Below, in pieces: positions 36,951-50,542 of a stretch of DNA of 64,000 bases. This DNA is from Phoronis australis (taxonomy: Eukaryota; Animalia; Phoronida): assembly GCA_002633005.1 (NCBI GenBank), contig NMRA01000044.1, positions 1,162,283 through 1,226,282 of the forward strand. The letters run 5' to 3'. Position 1 is the stretch's first letter. Every line of letters begins with the position of its first letter. A program made the position numbers and the translations under genes. The notes under the pieces were generated by a model. It worked only from the letters and a program-made list of their open reading frames with translations, made no database searches and was not told where the DNA came from.

Positions 36951-39900
36951 GCTGTGGTTCTTTTATCAAGGTGCCTGTCTTTTTTAATTAATTATATTAA
37001 AAGGACATGTTCACGTGTCCCAATTAATGGAAGACTGACAAAAAGTCACAGGTCAAACTCTACAGACATTTTACTTTCAGTAAACATGCACTTTTAAGGA
37101 ATTAAAATCTATAATTTGGTAGATAAAAGTCCCAATTAATAACAGATAGATGAAGTCACAAATCAAATTATACAGACCCTCTTTCTTCTGTAAATAAGCG
37201 CTTTTACTGAGTGAAAATATCTAAAGTTTGGCAGATATTTGACTAAATACGCAGGCTTGTCACTACGTTCCTGCATAACTTTTAAAACGCCTGATGAAGA
37301 TAATACTATAAGCTACGTTTTGATAATCGATTTAAAGTTATATCGGCTCGTTTGTTGCGCTGGCGTCAAATTGCGCAAAACGAAACAAAAGAGTCGTTAC
37401 CGTGTGACTTCCGATTTTCGACGAGCAAGAGGGATAACGGCGAAGAGCAGTCAGCAAATAATACTCCAAGGTTGTTAATAAAAACGTCATCCACTAAAAA
37501 CTCGGTTCCAAACGAGAAAAAATTGTGATCGCAGACGTGGTACCCTAGTCAACGGCCGCCATCAGCGAATTGTCGAGTCACACGGCTGAGTCTCAAACGC
37601 GGTGTTAGTAAATCATAATAACACAGCCTTCATTTTGATTCCATAAATATCATAGACAAGCAGGTCAAGTAATGATCTAACAGAACAGCAATATTAAGAA
37701 AAGGCATTGGCGTGTTGGTCGGTGTTGTCTTGTGTTCTTCCTCTTAAAGGGATGATGATCGATGATAGGGTCAAAATCTCATTTTGGGATTGTTGTTGGG
37801 TAGGTTACACTTTTTGGTGTTTTTAGTGTTAAAACAGCAAAAAATGTTGCATTGTGGTTTCATTAGTAACCATCGACTACCGACATTGGCTTCCAGTCAT
37901 TTGACTAATTAACTGAAATCGAGGTCGGTGACGTTGAGTTTAAAATAGACTTTTTGCTCTGCTAGCAAAGGATCGGGTTGGACATTCTCGTTAAGTTTTA
38001 TAGAGTTTATCAATAGCGCCAAATCAAACCCACTAGCTCTGCAATAGTTGCCGCACTTCCTGCCACTGAGCCAAATCCCACATGCTAAATAATAAGCATT
38101 TTAGCGCGTCTAACTGGGAAAGCATCGGGATTGGTTTCACCGAATCTCTGGCATAAAACGGCGAAAATTGGCGATTTGAAATGCACCACCAAAATACAAA
38201 GATTTTTGTTGTTTTAGTCAAACCTAATAACGTGAAAAAGTCTACATCATCCAACAATACCAGTAAAACCGATAACGTCTCCTAAGCGTAACAGTTTTCA
38301 CCCTCTCGATCGCGCACGTAATGGTGTTAATCTCGTGCAACAGCAGTTCTCGCCTGGAGGCCGTGAAAGAACAATTAAATTACACCTGGTTGATTTTCGT
38401 CACCAGTTAATATATTCCGTTCCATTGAGCTTTGTGTGATTGGTCTAATACATTCTGACGTTTCGTTGATTCCTGTTTCATTGAAGATTATCAATGACTT
38501 GAGTCTACTTATTTCCTGCCTTTTTTAAATTGTACTTGTCACAGAACATAACTTTATGCTTTCAAATATCAAAATCACAAAATACTATTTAAAACATACG
38601 CTCAGTGTTTTAATGCCGTGGTTGTTGACACAGGACCTCGCAAATATCACGTGAGCAGATGCTATGTCGCCACGGTGAGGTAGTCATTTTGGCCAATGCA
38701 TTGTGCGGTTTGTCATCAAATACGGGTCCGGATCAACGGACATGCTGTGTTTGCCGGCGCCACCATAAACAAAACATCGAAATTACCCTCGATGTTCGCG
38801 GTCTATCTAGTGACATGTTTGTATGTTTTCGTTTGCAAATCTTTTAAGAACACACGAATGGTGCCGTTTAAAAAAGAAACGGTATCCTGTGAAGAAATGG
38901 GAGAGACGAGCAACATTCCATAAAAAGATATTTGCTGCAAGAATTGGTAATATTTAAATAAACGACTAAATGTTTCTTTATCATCAGATTTCCATTTACG
39001 TTCAGAAAATGGTGAGCCAAAAACTGAACATATGCGGTATATTTCTCTGCAAGTAAGCAGGCCACTCGCATTTTGTTAGCTCACAGGTAATTTTATTCTT
39101 GTGGTATAGTTTTTTCATTTCTTTCTTCATTCATCTGTGTATTCGTATTAGTGCAGTGCTCTGTTTCTCGCGACACAGAGCCATACTCTCCTCGGCAAAC
39201 TGTCACATTGGTTTCGGTGACGCACCAGCATCAAGTCACAACTGGCAAATTATAAATTGACGAGTAACATGATATAAAAATAAACTTAATTTTTTGCACG
39301 AGATTTTTTGAAATAAGTGGATGAAGGCTACAGTCGAGACAGCCCAGTGTTTTTATTGCTTGGCGGAAAGTTATTTCTACGTCTGAGTAATTAGGATATC
39401 AAAATGCAATGGAGCATCAAATACATTTCGTTTGTGACGTCATGTTCCTATGACCGCCAGTGGAAGATCAGAGACAAAACACTTTCAATTCTGGTTTCAC
39501 ACCAAAGCAAAAACACAGATAAGCTAAAACTCAGCTTCAAAACACTGAGTGATTTACAAAAGTGGTTTGAAGGCAATATGTCTTTTGAGTGGGAAGAAAA
39601 CACCAGACTCCCAGCAGGAGTCGCACGTACACACAGCGGGGCAGTAGACGTAAATATACACCAGCATCTACTACTTAAATGACAGAAACACTAAAGTGTA
39701 TCTCTGTACCAGGCATTCAGTCAAAGTTGATTCCTTTTACATTTTACTGCTGTGAAAAATCGGATGCCATTGAGTACAGAGAGTCACTGGACCGCCACAC
39801 CAAAGTCGGATTGCAACTGGTGGCAGTGTCAATCGTGTGTTCCAGAACGTCACAATTAATTAATAATCTCTTCATTCAACGTACCATTGGACGAATCAAT

Positions 39901-40488
39901 GTTTTAGTCATGAATCAATGTCATACCTTAGACGATGGAGGTCTAAATATGTTTTCTCGGTTTTACTGTTCAAATACATTTCTGTTTTACCCAAATTCTC
40001 CTAGAACGAACCACATTGAACGATTTCTGAACTAGGCTGTGGGTGAATTCTCTCCGCACGATTATTGGCTGCACATGTGGGATGTAAAATAAAACAAAGT
40101 TATTTTCGCAGATAGACTGAATTTCTTGACAACCAGTTGTCTCTCAATACAAAACCAATGTACGTATGGGTCCAACAAAATGATCAGATAGAAGGCCAAT
40201 TAGCAGGCTAAAAATCGTAAATTCAATCGTGACTATGAGCCCGGTTTTCTGTTATTGACTTCAAATTCGTAAAATTCTGACCCTGAATCTGAGCTCTATG
40301 TCTTTTCAAACCTCTGTCTAAGTCTTAGGTTGATTATTTGAAAAAACAACCATTGATGCGTTTATGAATTTACCAATCAATGGATTTTTTCATGCCGTCA
40401 ATTTTGATGTATAGCATTTAGACAAACGCATCGCATAGAACTCGCATAATATTCAAAATTTTGGTGAAATATTTACGAGATGACTTAC

Positions 40489-40525
40489 TTTTCATCCGCC
40501 CCTGATGTGTATTGGTAACTGCCAT
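40489..40525 (-). CDS. Candidate upstream first coding exon of the ITPR-like gene (MAVTNTHQGRMK)
   Basis: ATG plus 37 nt ending at a GTAAGT donor in phase 1, the phase needed to join the 35416 acceptor in frame (…MK-R-KS-MGDF). Could be chance. Confidence 0.3.
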
Positions 40526-42278
40526 AAGTCGGTCTGTTGTCGTACTCTGCAACTCCAAACGCTATTGTTTTTGTTACGGAAACTGGAACTTGACCTGATG
40601 ACAACGACGTGTCCTCAACTATCTGCGCATGCTAAGACGAGTTTCTTGTTTTACAGCTGTAGTACTAATATTTATAAGCCTACATTAGTCTGCCCTCGAT
40701 TTCAACGGCGCGAGGTTGTTTTTTCTGATGGTACTGTGTGGAGCTGAGGACAGTCTTGACTCCTACGCTGAAACGATTTTCTGTGAAACCGTATTTTGAC
40801 TCATAGAAAGCGACCAATAAAATTGGACTTGAGAAATTTTGATCTGGTTCGCTTAATCTCACATAAGTTGTAATGGTGTGTTTATTTATCAAGAGTCAGA
40901 TTTTTCTGTCACGTGGTTTCATTAGCTAGATAGCACGGACAGTCTTTGGATGTAAAAACCAGTCGCATTTTAAGCCGTCGTTTCCAAACATCAACTATTT
41001 AAAATGATGTTTTTACAAAGAGGAAAGAATTCTTATCGCAGACGGAGCACGGATCAGGATTTTAACTGCAAACGATTTCTTTTAAGAAAGGAATTGTCAG
41101 CACTTTAAACGACAGAAAAAATGCTCATATGTTGAAAACCAACTATGGTAATCGTCGCGACATCAGTTTCCATCATATTGTTAATTATCAATATTTTCAT
41201 GTTACTTTAATAGAACTCAATTTACAGCAGAGTTTGGTTGTTTTCATTAGGTATAGTTGAGGGATACGTTTCTCCGAATTTACGTTCTACTAATTTACGA
41301 TTTGTGCAACTGGCTTCATAATTCAAATCTGCACTTGAAGAGCGCGACGTAAAGTTGTTTGAGTCGAGTTAGAACATCATTTTGCCGTGGCTAGACTCCG
41401 ACGGGTCACCAAGTGCGAACGTTTGTTTATGCTCTCATAATTTGTGTAAATCATGGTACTCCAACTCCAAATCAAAAACACTTATCTTGATATCACCGCT
41501 TAAGTGGAACAGGACAATGTCAAAATAAAGCTGGTGTTAAAACGTTTGAGTTCTGAGACAGGATTTCGGGCCCTTGTGATCGTTTGAAAGAAGGAAGTAT
41601 TGACTTTGTTCACGACTTTTGTTGTTTTAGGTTGACAAATAAACATTTTTAGTTTTTCAACGTAATGAGCCACTGCATTTACATTCCAGTTCGTAATTGT
41701 ATCGGAGTCGTTCGCTAACGACCGTTCTTCATATAAGGAATCAAAAGATGTCGCCTCAGTAGGAAGGTCTATGCCAGCCTTTAGTCTAGTAAGCGTATCT
41801 GACTGGTGCATTTAAATCAACTGAACATAAAAGGCATGCTTTTTGGCCGGATATATATATAGACGCAAATGCTAACGATGATAACGTTTCGATTTAATAG
41901 CTTAAAACATCACCAGGAATGAGTCATGCTCTACATTCTCTACGGTTTGGGAGTTAACCTGAGTACTATTTTCCTTCTGGTCGTGAAAGCGTATTTTGCT
42001 GTGGTTTTTATGGAGGGTCGTTTGACCGACTTACCTAATTATTGAACCTGTTATTTCCAGATGACCCTTATGTTTTAAGTCACGACACAACTGAACTGTG
42101 AATGGTGACTGGTCAAGTTCAAGCAGGGTTGGGGAACAGGTCATGCGAAACAGTCAAACCAAAGCAGTGAACAGAAAAGTTGTAAACTATGGTCTTTATA
42201 GAGCTGTGGAATTGTGCCAGGCCCCAAGAGACGCTTATGAAGTTTTGATAGCTTTCCCTGTGCTAGTCGACAATCATT

Positions 42279-42324
42279 GTGTGTTGCGTGTTTGTGTGTG
42301 GGCGTGCGTGTGGGCGTGCGTGCG

Positions 42325-42374
<50 letters not shown>
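42279..42374. repeat. (GT)n microsatellite with GCGT lead-in
   Basis: Directly visible. Confidence 0.97.
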
Positions 42375-42376
<2 letters not shown>

Positions 42377-43837
42377 CTTGAATCATAAACCAGGTTTGTG
42401 ATCACCATGTCCACTGTTCACACTATCACTCGAAACTCGAACTGTAGTCCGAACTCGAACCCTTTGTTTTGTTTTGCAGTTCTAATTTCGTATCTCATAA
42501 AGAGATAGTTTGAAATATTGAAATCCGCAAACGAATCAGACCGTAACTTGGACTGTTATGGTAAAAATCTGACTAATTGGCCTCGTTTTTGAATTGTTTA
42601 CCAGATTCTAAATGCTAATAAAAAGTAGGTCTATGCAAAATAGCCAAGAATTACAAGGGAGGGAACTCCAATTGAAGAGTGGCATTGTAGATCTACGTCA
42701 TTGTTCTGCGTTAAATCAATGACAACATATTGAGTCTCTTGAAATCCCGAGAGTCCTATCACAGACACAAATTCGTGCAAAACATCTAATGTGACAGGTC
42801 TTGCCACTGGTTTAAATCGATGAGTTGTTCAAGATCAAACCGCACGACTTGCGTCAACTCGTGTTTTCCGAGTAAAATTGTACTCCTCGGAGTAAAACGC
42901 GCCAACCTGCAGTGCATCGATAAGAAACCGTCACTGAATCATCACCGTATCTTGAAAAACAGTGTACCGTTCAAAAGACAACTCCGCAACTTCCGCGTAA
43001 AGTGAGGCACTTGCCTTTTTAAACCATAGGGTGATTAGTAGGAAGACGAGCCTGGAGTTACGATCGCAATCCCCGGAGGCCACTCGCCGACAAACAATAA
43101 TACTGTAAAAATCATGGCAGTAAAATTTGAATCTATGCTCTGTTAACGTCAGCGACTTTTACAGCCAATCATAGGCGTTTAATTACTGACACGGAAACAC
43201 GTGATAAAAAGGCTTGTTGCTTGTGGTCGAAAGTTTGGTTCTCCTATGAAATCCTAGATTTCCTCGTGCAAGCTTAGTTCTTTGAGAACCGATGTCAGAT
43301 TAAAAATTTGAACGAGATCGGTGAAATTTACAACGTGTACACGTTGTATCCAAACGTTTTGAAATCGTGACAACTTTTTTCACGTTTGTTTCTTGTGCCC
43401 AACAAGATCGAAGGTCAGCCCACATGTACAGTGTATAATATCAATCAAGATCATATCAATGCCTACACAGTCTTCAAAAACCCAACAGTCCTTATTTCCT
43501 CTGCCATCCTATTATTCACTCTAGTATTTTGGTTTTTAATGGTGTCAAAAATAAAGTTGCCGGATAATCACTGTACATTTGGATGTCACCGTAAGCTCTT
43601 TTACGTGCCACCAACTTCCAGCCTCCTTCAGGCAGTTTTTTTCACTTTCGCATTTTCGTTTGTTTGATATTGATGAATGGCATATAAATCCTCCTAATCT
43701 CTTTATTCATCTGATGTCTCCGTTTAAAGTTTTACCGACAAAAGCAACCGTTGGGGTTACAGCCCAGATCTAGGCACTTGGCGGTAATTTACGTTGCGGA
43801 CGACGACACTAATAAATTGTTGTTCTGGTGACATTTT

Positions 43838-44001
43838 NNNNNNNNNNNNNNNNNNNNNNNNNNNNNNNNNNNNNNNNNNNNNNNNNNNNNNNNNNNNNNN
43901 NNNNNNNNNNNNNNNNNNNNNNNNNNNNNNNNNNNNNNNNNNNNNNNNNNNNNNNNNNNNNNNNNNNNNNNNNNNNNNNNNNNNNNNNNNNNNNNNNNNN
44001 N
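43838..44001. other. Assembly gap (164 N)
   Basis: Run of N. Confidence 1.
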
Positions 44002-44530
44002 GCCCCCCCCCCCCCTGTATGTATTTGTTTTTCGTAATTTAGAGCCGATTTGAAGATGGCCTTTAAGTTGAAGAGAATTACTTATTATTCTTACTGAGAA
44101 CAGTTGTTAGATGTGTATGTTCTAGATTTTCTGGTCGATTTTCAGCCGTTCATCAACTGACAAAATATTTTAAAATCAATTTCATTTTTTAAAAATAATT
44201 TGAACAAAGCATTCCCTTTTTTGGCGATAACCATCACGATCACTATGCACCTGTGATGGACGTGTGCTAGAGTGGAAGGTGACCTATAAGCGGATGCCGT
44301 TGATTGCAAACTGTCCCTTCTTTGGTTCAAACGAGTAATTTCTTAGATTACAAGTTAATAATCGGAGCTTGGATGCCTTGTTAAGTTTTTCAAAAGATCA
44401 TGTTCAGTTACTTTGCAGATGTTGTTAACAAAGACCTCTTGACATCAAAATATGAAACTGCACGTTTTCTTAGCAGTGTCAGTACAAATAAAATAAGCAA
44501 GATGACACATTAGTGCACTAATACCTATAT

Positions 44531-44691
44531 CAGTGGCGGATCTAGATTGGGGCCAAGAGGGCCATGCCCCCCGCCCCTAAAATTCTCCCAGATTCCATTA
44601 GGCAGTTCGGGAGTGCGAATGTCTGACGGTCAAAATATTGGCTAATACTCTGCCCTGGCTCCCCTAACTCAAAATCCTGGATCCGCCCCTA
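44531..44691. mobile_element. hAT-like MITE (CAGTGGCGGATC termini)
   Basis: cagtggcggatctag...gggccatgcccccc...cctggatccgccccta; TSD not evident. Confidence 0.6.
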
Positions 44692-46271
44692 GTGCACAAG
44701 TACATGTACTTTGCTGGGTAGAGTTAGCATCCACAATGTACGTTATAATCCGACTGGTACACAGTGTGTGCATATTTAGTAGTACGCAGTTAACGGTGCT
44801 GGTTAACGGGTGGAAATCAAAAAGACGCTACGGGAAGGACAGAACGACTGGCAGACAGGCAGAAAACAAGACAAGCGCAAAAATATTTTAAAGTACACGT
44901 ACGTTGTCAGTGAATCCAAATCACGACTCAAATGTATATTCGGCATTAGAAATAAAAAGAAAATCTAATTGTATCTACACATTATTATCATATTCAGTAA
45001 CAATAATTTAAGTACGTGCTACCGTCCTGCTAACACTTCAAAATGACCACCGCCGTGTCAAATGCGACTTGTCGCATAGTGTTTCGCCTAGAGAACGACA
45101 GCATCGCGTACCAGAACATTCACAGTGGATGATGATTTATGGCATTTGATTTAGTTCCGGTACAAAATTAACCGCCTTCATAATAATGGAAAACATATCG
45201 AAGCACTTTGCGCCTCAAAATCCTGCAAAAAACAACAAGATTACCTTGGAAGATGATATTTGGAAATATGCGTCTCAGTGACGCTGAAATGATGGCACGA
45301 ATATTCGTCGTAGTTGATATACATGTATTATCAATATTATGTCTTTCGTTTTCACTATTTTCAGAACACTTAACGAGCCGCGTCAATGGCAAGATATTAC
45401 TAGCATTTTGTCAATTACAACTTTGCGTGTAGTTTGATTATCACGGAGTCCCCTGTGTTATATAATGCGTGATAAAAATGAAGTACCGTTTCATTGAGCT
45501 TGACGGCCATTTTATTGGTGCCCAACCGAAAGTTTCGTTTCCATAAGTATGCTTCTTTAAACGTTACATTGCGCTCTACCTTCTGCATGTCAAAAATAGA
45601 ATAAGATTGAGAATGAAGCTGTTTATTCGGACAGAAATAACCCACAATGACCTCTAGTCCGACCACAGTATAATCATGGAAAACAAAAAGTGTTGACGTT
45701 ATTTCACGTCTCGATTTTCGTGACGCCCGCAAAGTTAAATCACAGCGTTCGACACAATGAGCTCTTTATGTCTCATTGATTCGACACTTGTCATTGTGAG
45801 AAACGAAATATCCCAAGGTAGTACTCGCATTGCCTAAGCAGCGTTTAATATAACTTTAAACATTTTTCCATTCTTTTCATTTGGGAAAAATTCGATTGAT
45901 GTTGTTTTTAACTAAAATGAAGCAGAAAGGAAACTGCCCAGGGTCTGAAGCGAAAAAGGTGACGGATTTCATTCCTAGTTTCTTTAATAATTCAATATGT
46001 AGGTTCAATGCTACGGCAACACATTTCCACAGCTTTTCTGTAATCGCACTAAAGTATGGCATTCCAGATCCTCTGTTAATGTTTTTCAAATTTTATTTTT
46101 CCTTCCTAGACTCAAAACATGTGGTTTTCTTTACGCTCTCTTTTTTATTCAATTGGTAAATAAAATCGTATTCTTCATTTTTTTATTTCGTTTTTAGTCT
46201 CCAACAAACGGTCATCTCACCCTAAAGGTATTCGTAATTCTCCGTATAATTTTGGGTTGACGTCGTTCGTA

Positions 46272-46565
46272 TACACAATAACCGTCGTATCTAAGGTTAT
46301 GTGGGACCCTAGACAAATGTTCAGATTTGGCCAACTTTGGAACATCATACCTCAGAAATGGCTGGAAACTTTCAAGTATTATACTTCGTGCACTGTTCTT
46401 CAAAATGCTGGTAGGAATTGAAATAAAAATTTTCATTTTTGCGCGAAAAACTTTAAAGTTTCATAACGGAAAAAGAAACTATAACTTAGAAAACTGTAAA
46501 AGCATTTTTGGAGACTTCAACCTGAACATCAATTATGTAATAAGAAATTTGATCATGTTATTGAT
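46272..46565 (+). repeat. Dispersed repeat (copy B)
   Basis: taaggttatgtgggaccctag...tcagaaatggctgg...aaatttgatcatgtt. Confidence 0.6.
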
Positions 46566-46740
46566 TTTGTTGGAATGTACCTTACTTTTTTACTAAATTC
46601 TACAGAATTTCTAATTTCATAAAATATATACTTTTGCTGAGTTTAATTCTACGGTTTTTGATATTTGGCAAAATACGCAGACCTGTCAAAAAGGAGATAC
46701 AATGCTTTAATAGGAAGCTAACGAAGCAAATGATAATGAT

Positions 46741-46790
46741 GTTCGTGATCAACGTTTCGATTTAATAGCTTAAATAATCATCAGTTGTGA
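46741..46790 (-). ncRNA. Degenerate hammerhead-ribozyme-like motif (Penelope-like signature)
   Basis: Minus strand CTGATGA-tt-ATTTAA-gcta-TTAAAT-CGAAACGTT; a second copy at 41880-41918 has CTGGTGA. Stem I and the cleavage triplet are not clear. Confidence 0.4.
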
Positions 46791-47640
46791 CCTTAAATGC
46801 TTACGTTCACTATAAGTGTCGCTATGGTTAATTGTAGAATATTTAATAACAAATGACACCGAGACGGAGATGATCGGCGCCCTTTTCTCGTAATGACTCG
46901 ATACATGACATTTTCAAAGCCAGTTGATACGATAAATAAATAACGCTTCGAACCCTTACCTTCCCACGAATGGGGGTCGATATCAACGGCTGGCGCAGAC
47001 ATTTCTTAGACCATTCTGTCCGCACCTTTAATATCATCTAGATCTAGTTCTGTTCTGATTTTAGTTATATAAGTGAACACGTATCGGTGGTGTTATGTAA
47101 TATCAAATCGTAACAGAATTATAACAGACTGGCATCGATTTTTGCAAACGAACTGAATTCGTAATTGTTTTACGGAACAAAAACGTCTGCTGTTCTACGT
47201 GTTGATACATAATTTCGTTAGTAGGCCTGTTTACGAGGTTAAAATTATAGGGATTCTTAACTGTACCACAAGTAACACTCGATGGTGTAATAAGCGAACC
47301 AGTCTACGGATTTCCAGTCCGCAAATTTTTTACCACATAAGTTAGTTTACATTCAGTTTCTTAATCTTTCCAGAAGAGTTAAATTTTTATTGTTTTGCAA
47401 AATTTAGTGGGTTTGCTTTACTAAGGTCCCCTTATCAAATTTAACAGCAACAGAACATATTGAGGTGATTAAATTCTTAACGGTAACTGAGATCGAATAG
47501 AACGCACCGAGTTACTCAATTTAAGTCACTCGTAACCCTGTGAAAGGGGCACCTACCTGCACCTGTAAAGCATAGGCGCATGTGCCTATATGCAATTCAC
47601 TTGAGCATATTGATTTTCAAAAACTGGAAGATACAGGTGG

Positions 47641-48181
47641 TTTGCACTACTTTGGCGGAAGCATCTGTTCACAATATCTATGCGCTGCTCATTCAAGAGG
47701 GAATTTCCACAAATGAGACTTTGATATCAAGCGTTCCGTGTTAATATTACACGTTCTTCCTGAGCATCACTTTTGAGCGGAAATGGCATCTTTTCCATTT
47801 GCTGTGTTAGATAATAATAAGTTAGTGACCACACTTCTACAATTGTCCCACCTTCGGACAGAATAGACGAGACACCGACCACTCAGGTACATCGAACAAC
47901 AACGATATGGTCACTTTAAATTGCCAGTACAGACCTTCGTCACCAACTTGAAAATTCGGCACGGTGTCTTCTGCACATTCAAAAGTTAGGCGAATTCGGA
48001 AAAATGGCGATAGCCACATGTTGGCATCAGCTTCCTGTCTTTCTTAAATGTCAGTTGTAACAACGAGGACTTTTGCTGTCGGGAAGTATGCTAGCAGACG
48101 AGCCCCGCCAAATTTGTTGATAGTTTACTAATTTGCGAGCAGGCCATGCAGAAGGAAGAGCTTCCGCCAAAATAGTGCAAA
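47641..48181. mobile_element. MITE with 22-bp TIRs
   Basis: tttgcactactttggcggaagc / gcttccgccaaaatagtgcaaa (one mismatch). Confidence 0.7.
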
Positions 48182-50542
48182 GCAGTAAAATTGACATGCA
48201 GATCATTTTGATTTAATTTACCAGCGATATCAGATATTTATAATTTTGTCTATTTGCAAGGTTATTTACGAGGTTGTTTCCTATCTGATCAGGTTGATAA
48301 CGAGATCGACCTAACTCTATATACGTCAAAATTCAACAAAAAAGACAAAAATGATGAACAGAGAAACCTGGCGATGGAACTACATTCGGTATCATTAAGA
48401 TTTATTTGTTAACGATTCTCTGAGTGTTCCACTTTATTGATGAAACACCACACTAAATGTTCTTTGAAATAGACTCATAGATTAAAGAGGGTTCCTGAAG
48501 AAATTAGCCAACGATTTCCCCATAATGATGTCGAGAATGATGACGTAAGAGCCAATCAATCTTTCTTTTTATTGCAGCTTTGACGACTACAAACAACAAA
48601 ATTAGAATAAATGAACAAAAAGGTACACCAAAAAACATCACACTTGTCACTTTGCGATGTTTAGTCTGGTGGCATCAGCCGTGTTCGTGAGTTACAAATG
48701 TTCGACACTTGAGAATAATTTAGTTTTAGCCCAACCGTCTAACGATTCGTTGAAAGAAAGTAAGAAAGTGACTCCATCCCTGTCCGAACTGTTTTTTACG
48801 CATAGGCTTATGGGATTGTGTTCGGCGAGATCACGCAAAACAACGAAAAATCACGTGAACGGGCTAGGTTTCTAGAATACGCTCGAGCCCATATTATAGT
48901 GTAAACTAGCAAAGTAGCGGCCACTGATGTGATTGGTCAGTGAGTTTGGACTATTGAATTATGGGATAAAATTAATTATTTCCGTTCCATAAGCAAAATT
49001 TTTCGTCACACGTGCGTCGCTATTGTATTATGTCTACGGAACGTAGTCCAACGGAGATGCATTCTGCGCGCAAGATAAGGTCTGTAATGGTCTGAATCTA
49101 AACCAAAAATTGATATTTTTGACAACAAAACTGCAATATTGCGCTACCTAGTGGTGGCATGTCACAAACAAGTTGGCTTACAATGAGCTGGAGTTCAGAC
49201 ATTTCATTCAGTTCCAGTTTCAAAAAATTATGATTGCATCAAAATATGGTAAAAGTAAAAAAATCCAGTTGCTTTCATACAAAACTACAGTAATGTGATC
49301 GTCTTGTGAAGTAGCACAAGGCAAGAATAAGTTATCATTCATTCACAAATTGAATAATTCAAACCAAAATTAACAAGGAAATCTGAATGAAAACTTATGA
49401 CAAGTTACAAACAAATGTGAGGGTGCGAGATTCAGTTAAAGGACACTCTTTCTGCTTCATTTTAATTCAAAACTTTATAAATTGTGTTCAGTCGAAACTT
49501 GAGCCCAAATAACGCTCATTCAACACAGCTCCAAATACTTTCAAACTTAACTGCTCGTAATATGACTTTTTTAGTTAGTGCTACTTCACCATCCAAACTG
49601 GCCGCCATGGTGAGTGACAGCTGAATCATGCATTATGGGTATTCACTCAGTTGCCGCCATATGTAATGAGGCTTCCGAGAAGCCTCACCCACTTTTAAAA
49701 AATGACAGTAAAATGAAGACAAACAGGACAGAAAGTTACGAAATGTTCATATTTTAGTAATATTTTTCGGTTGACGAAATTCATGCCGTGAATGTAAAGG
49801 AAAATTTATCTTTAATATGATCAAGATGAATTCGTAGTCGACATTTCTTCATGTTAAACCGCCACAGCCTTATTCTATTTCAGTTTGCACTTGAATCACA
49901 CATTTTGTTTCACTAGAAGTTTCCCGTTGGCAACTATTGCTTCAAACGAAAGTTAATGTCTATGGTACTGTTTTAAATGGGATCAACAGCTTTTAAACAG
50001 AAGTGGGACAGTGTTGCTTCAAACCAACGAGTTAACCTCCAAAGTACTGTTTCAAATGAGATCTACCGTTTCCAACCCAATCCTTCGTTCTCAGGTAAGT
50101 TTTGCTCTCAATCAAGAGCTTAGACGTTGTTACTGGTTACCTTCATCAGCTATATGCAAAAAATAATTATTTTAAAAGAGTCCACAGAATAATACACAAA
50201 CACAATCTTCGTGGTAAGCCTTGGAAACTGCGTGCGCGCAACAATTTTTGCTCATTTTGCCAAATGTGGTTTGTGATGTCATTTTTCACGTGTACACTGT
50301 TTCAGCTTCTTCCACAGTTTCTACATTCCAACTGGATGTTTCCGCGCCTCTCGTCAACACCGTTGACACAAGCAGGGCCTTCTCATTGCTCAGAAGATAT
50401 GCTTGATATAATAATGTCGCGAAATGGGGTAAAAAGTGATGTTATAGGCGACAAAGTTGTTTCCGAGATCAGGCTCAAAGCGTATTAATTGAAATCGCAA
50501 CCGCAGTGGTAGCAGTCCAAGACTGTGCTTGGCGAAGCTTAA

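Noticed and set aside
42098-42386. CV/HT repeat ORFs
   Set aside because: Translation of (GT)n.
43794-44042. ORFs containing X runs
   Set aside because: Artefacts of the N gap.
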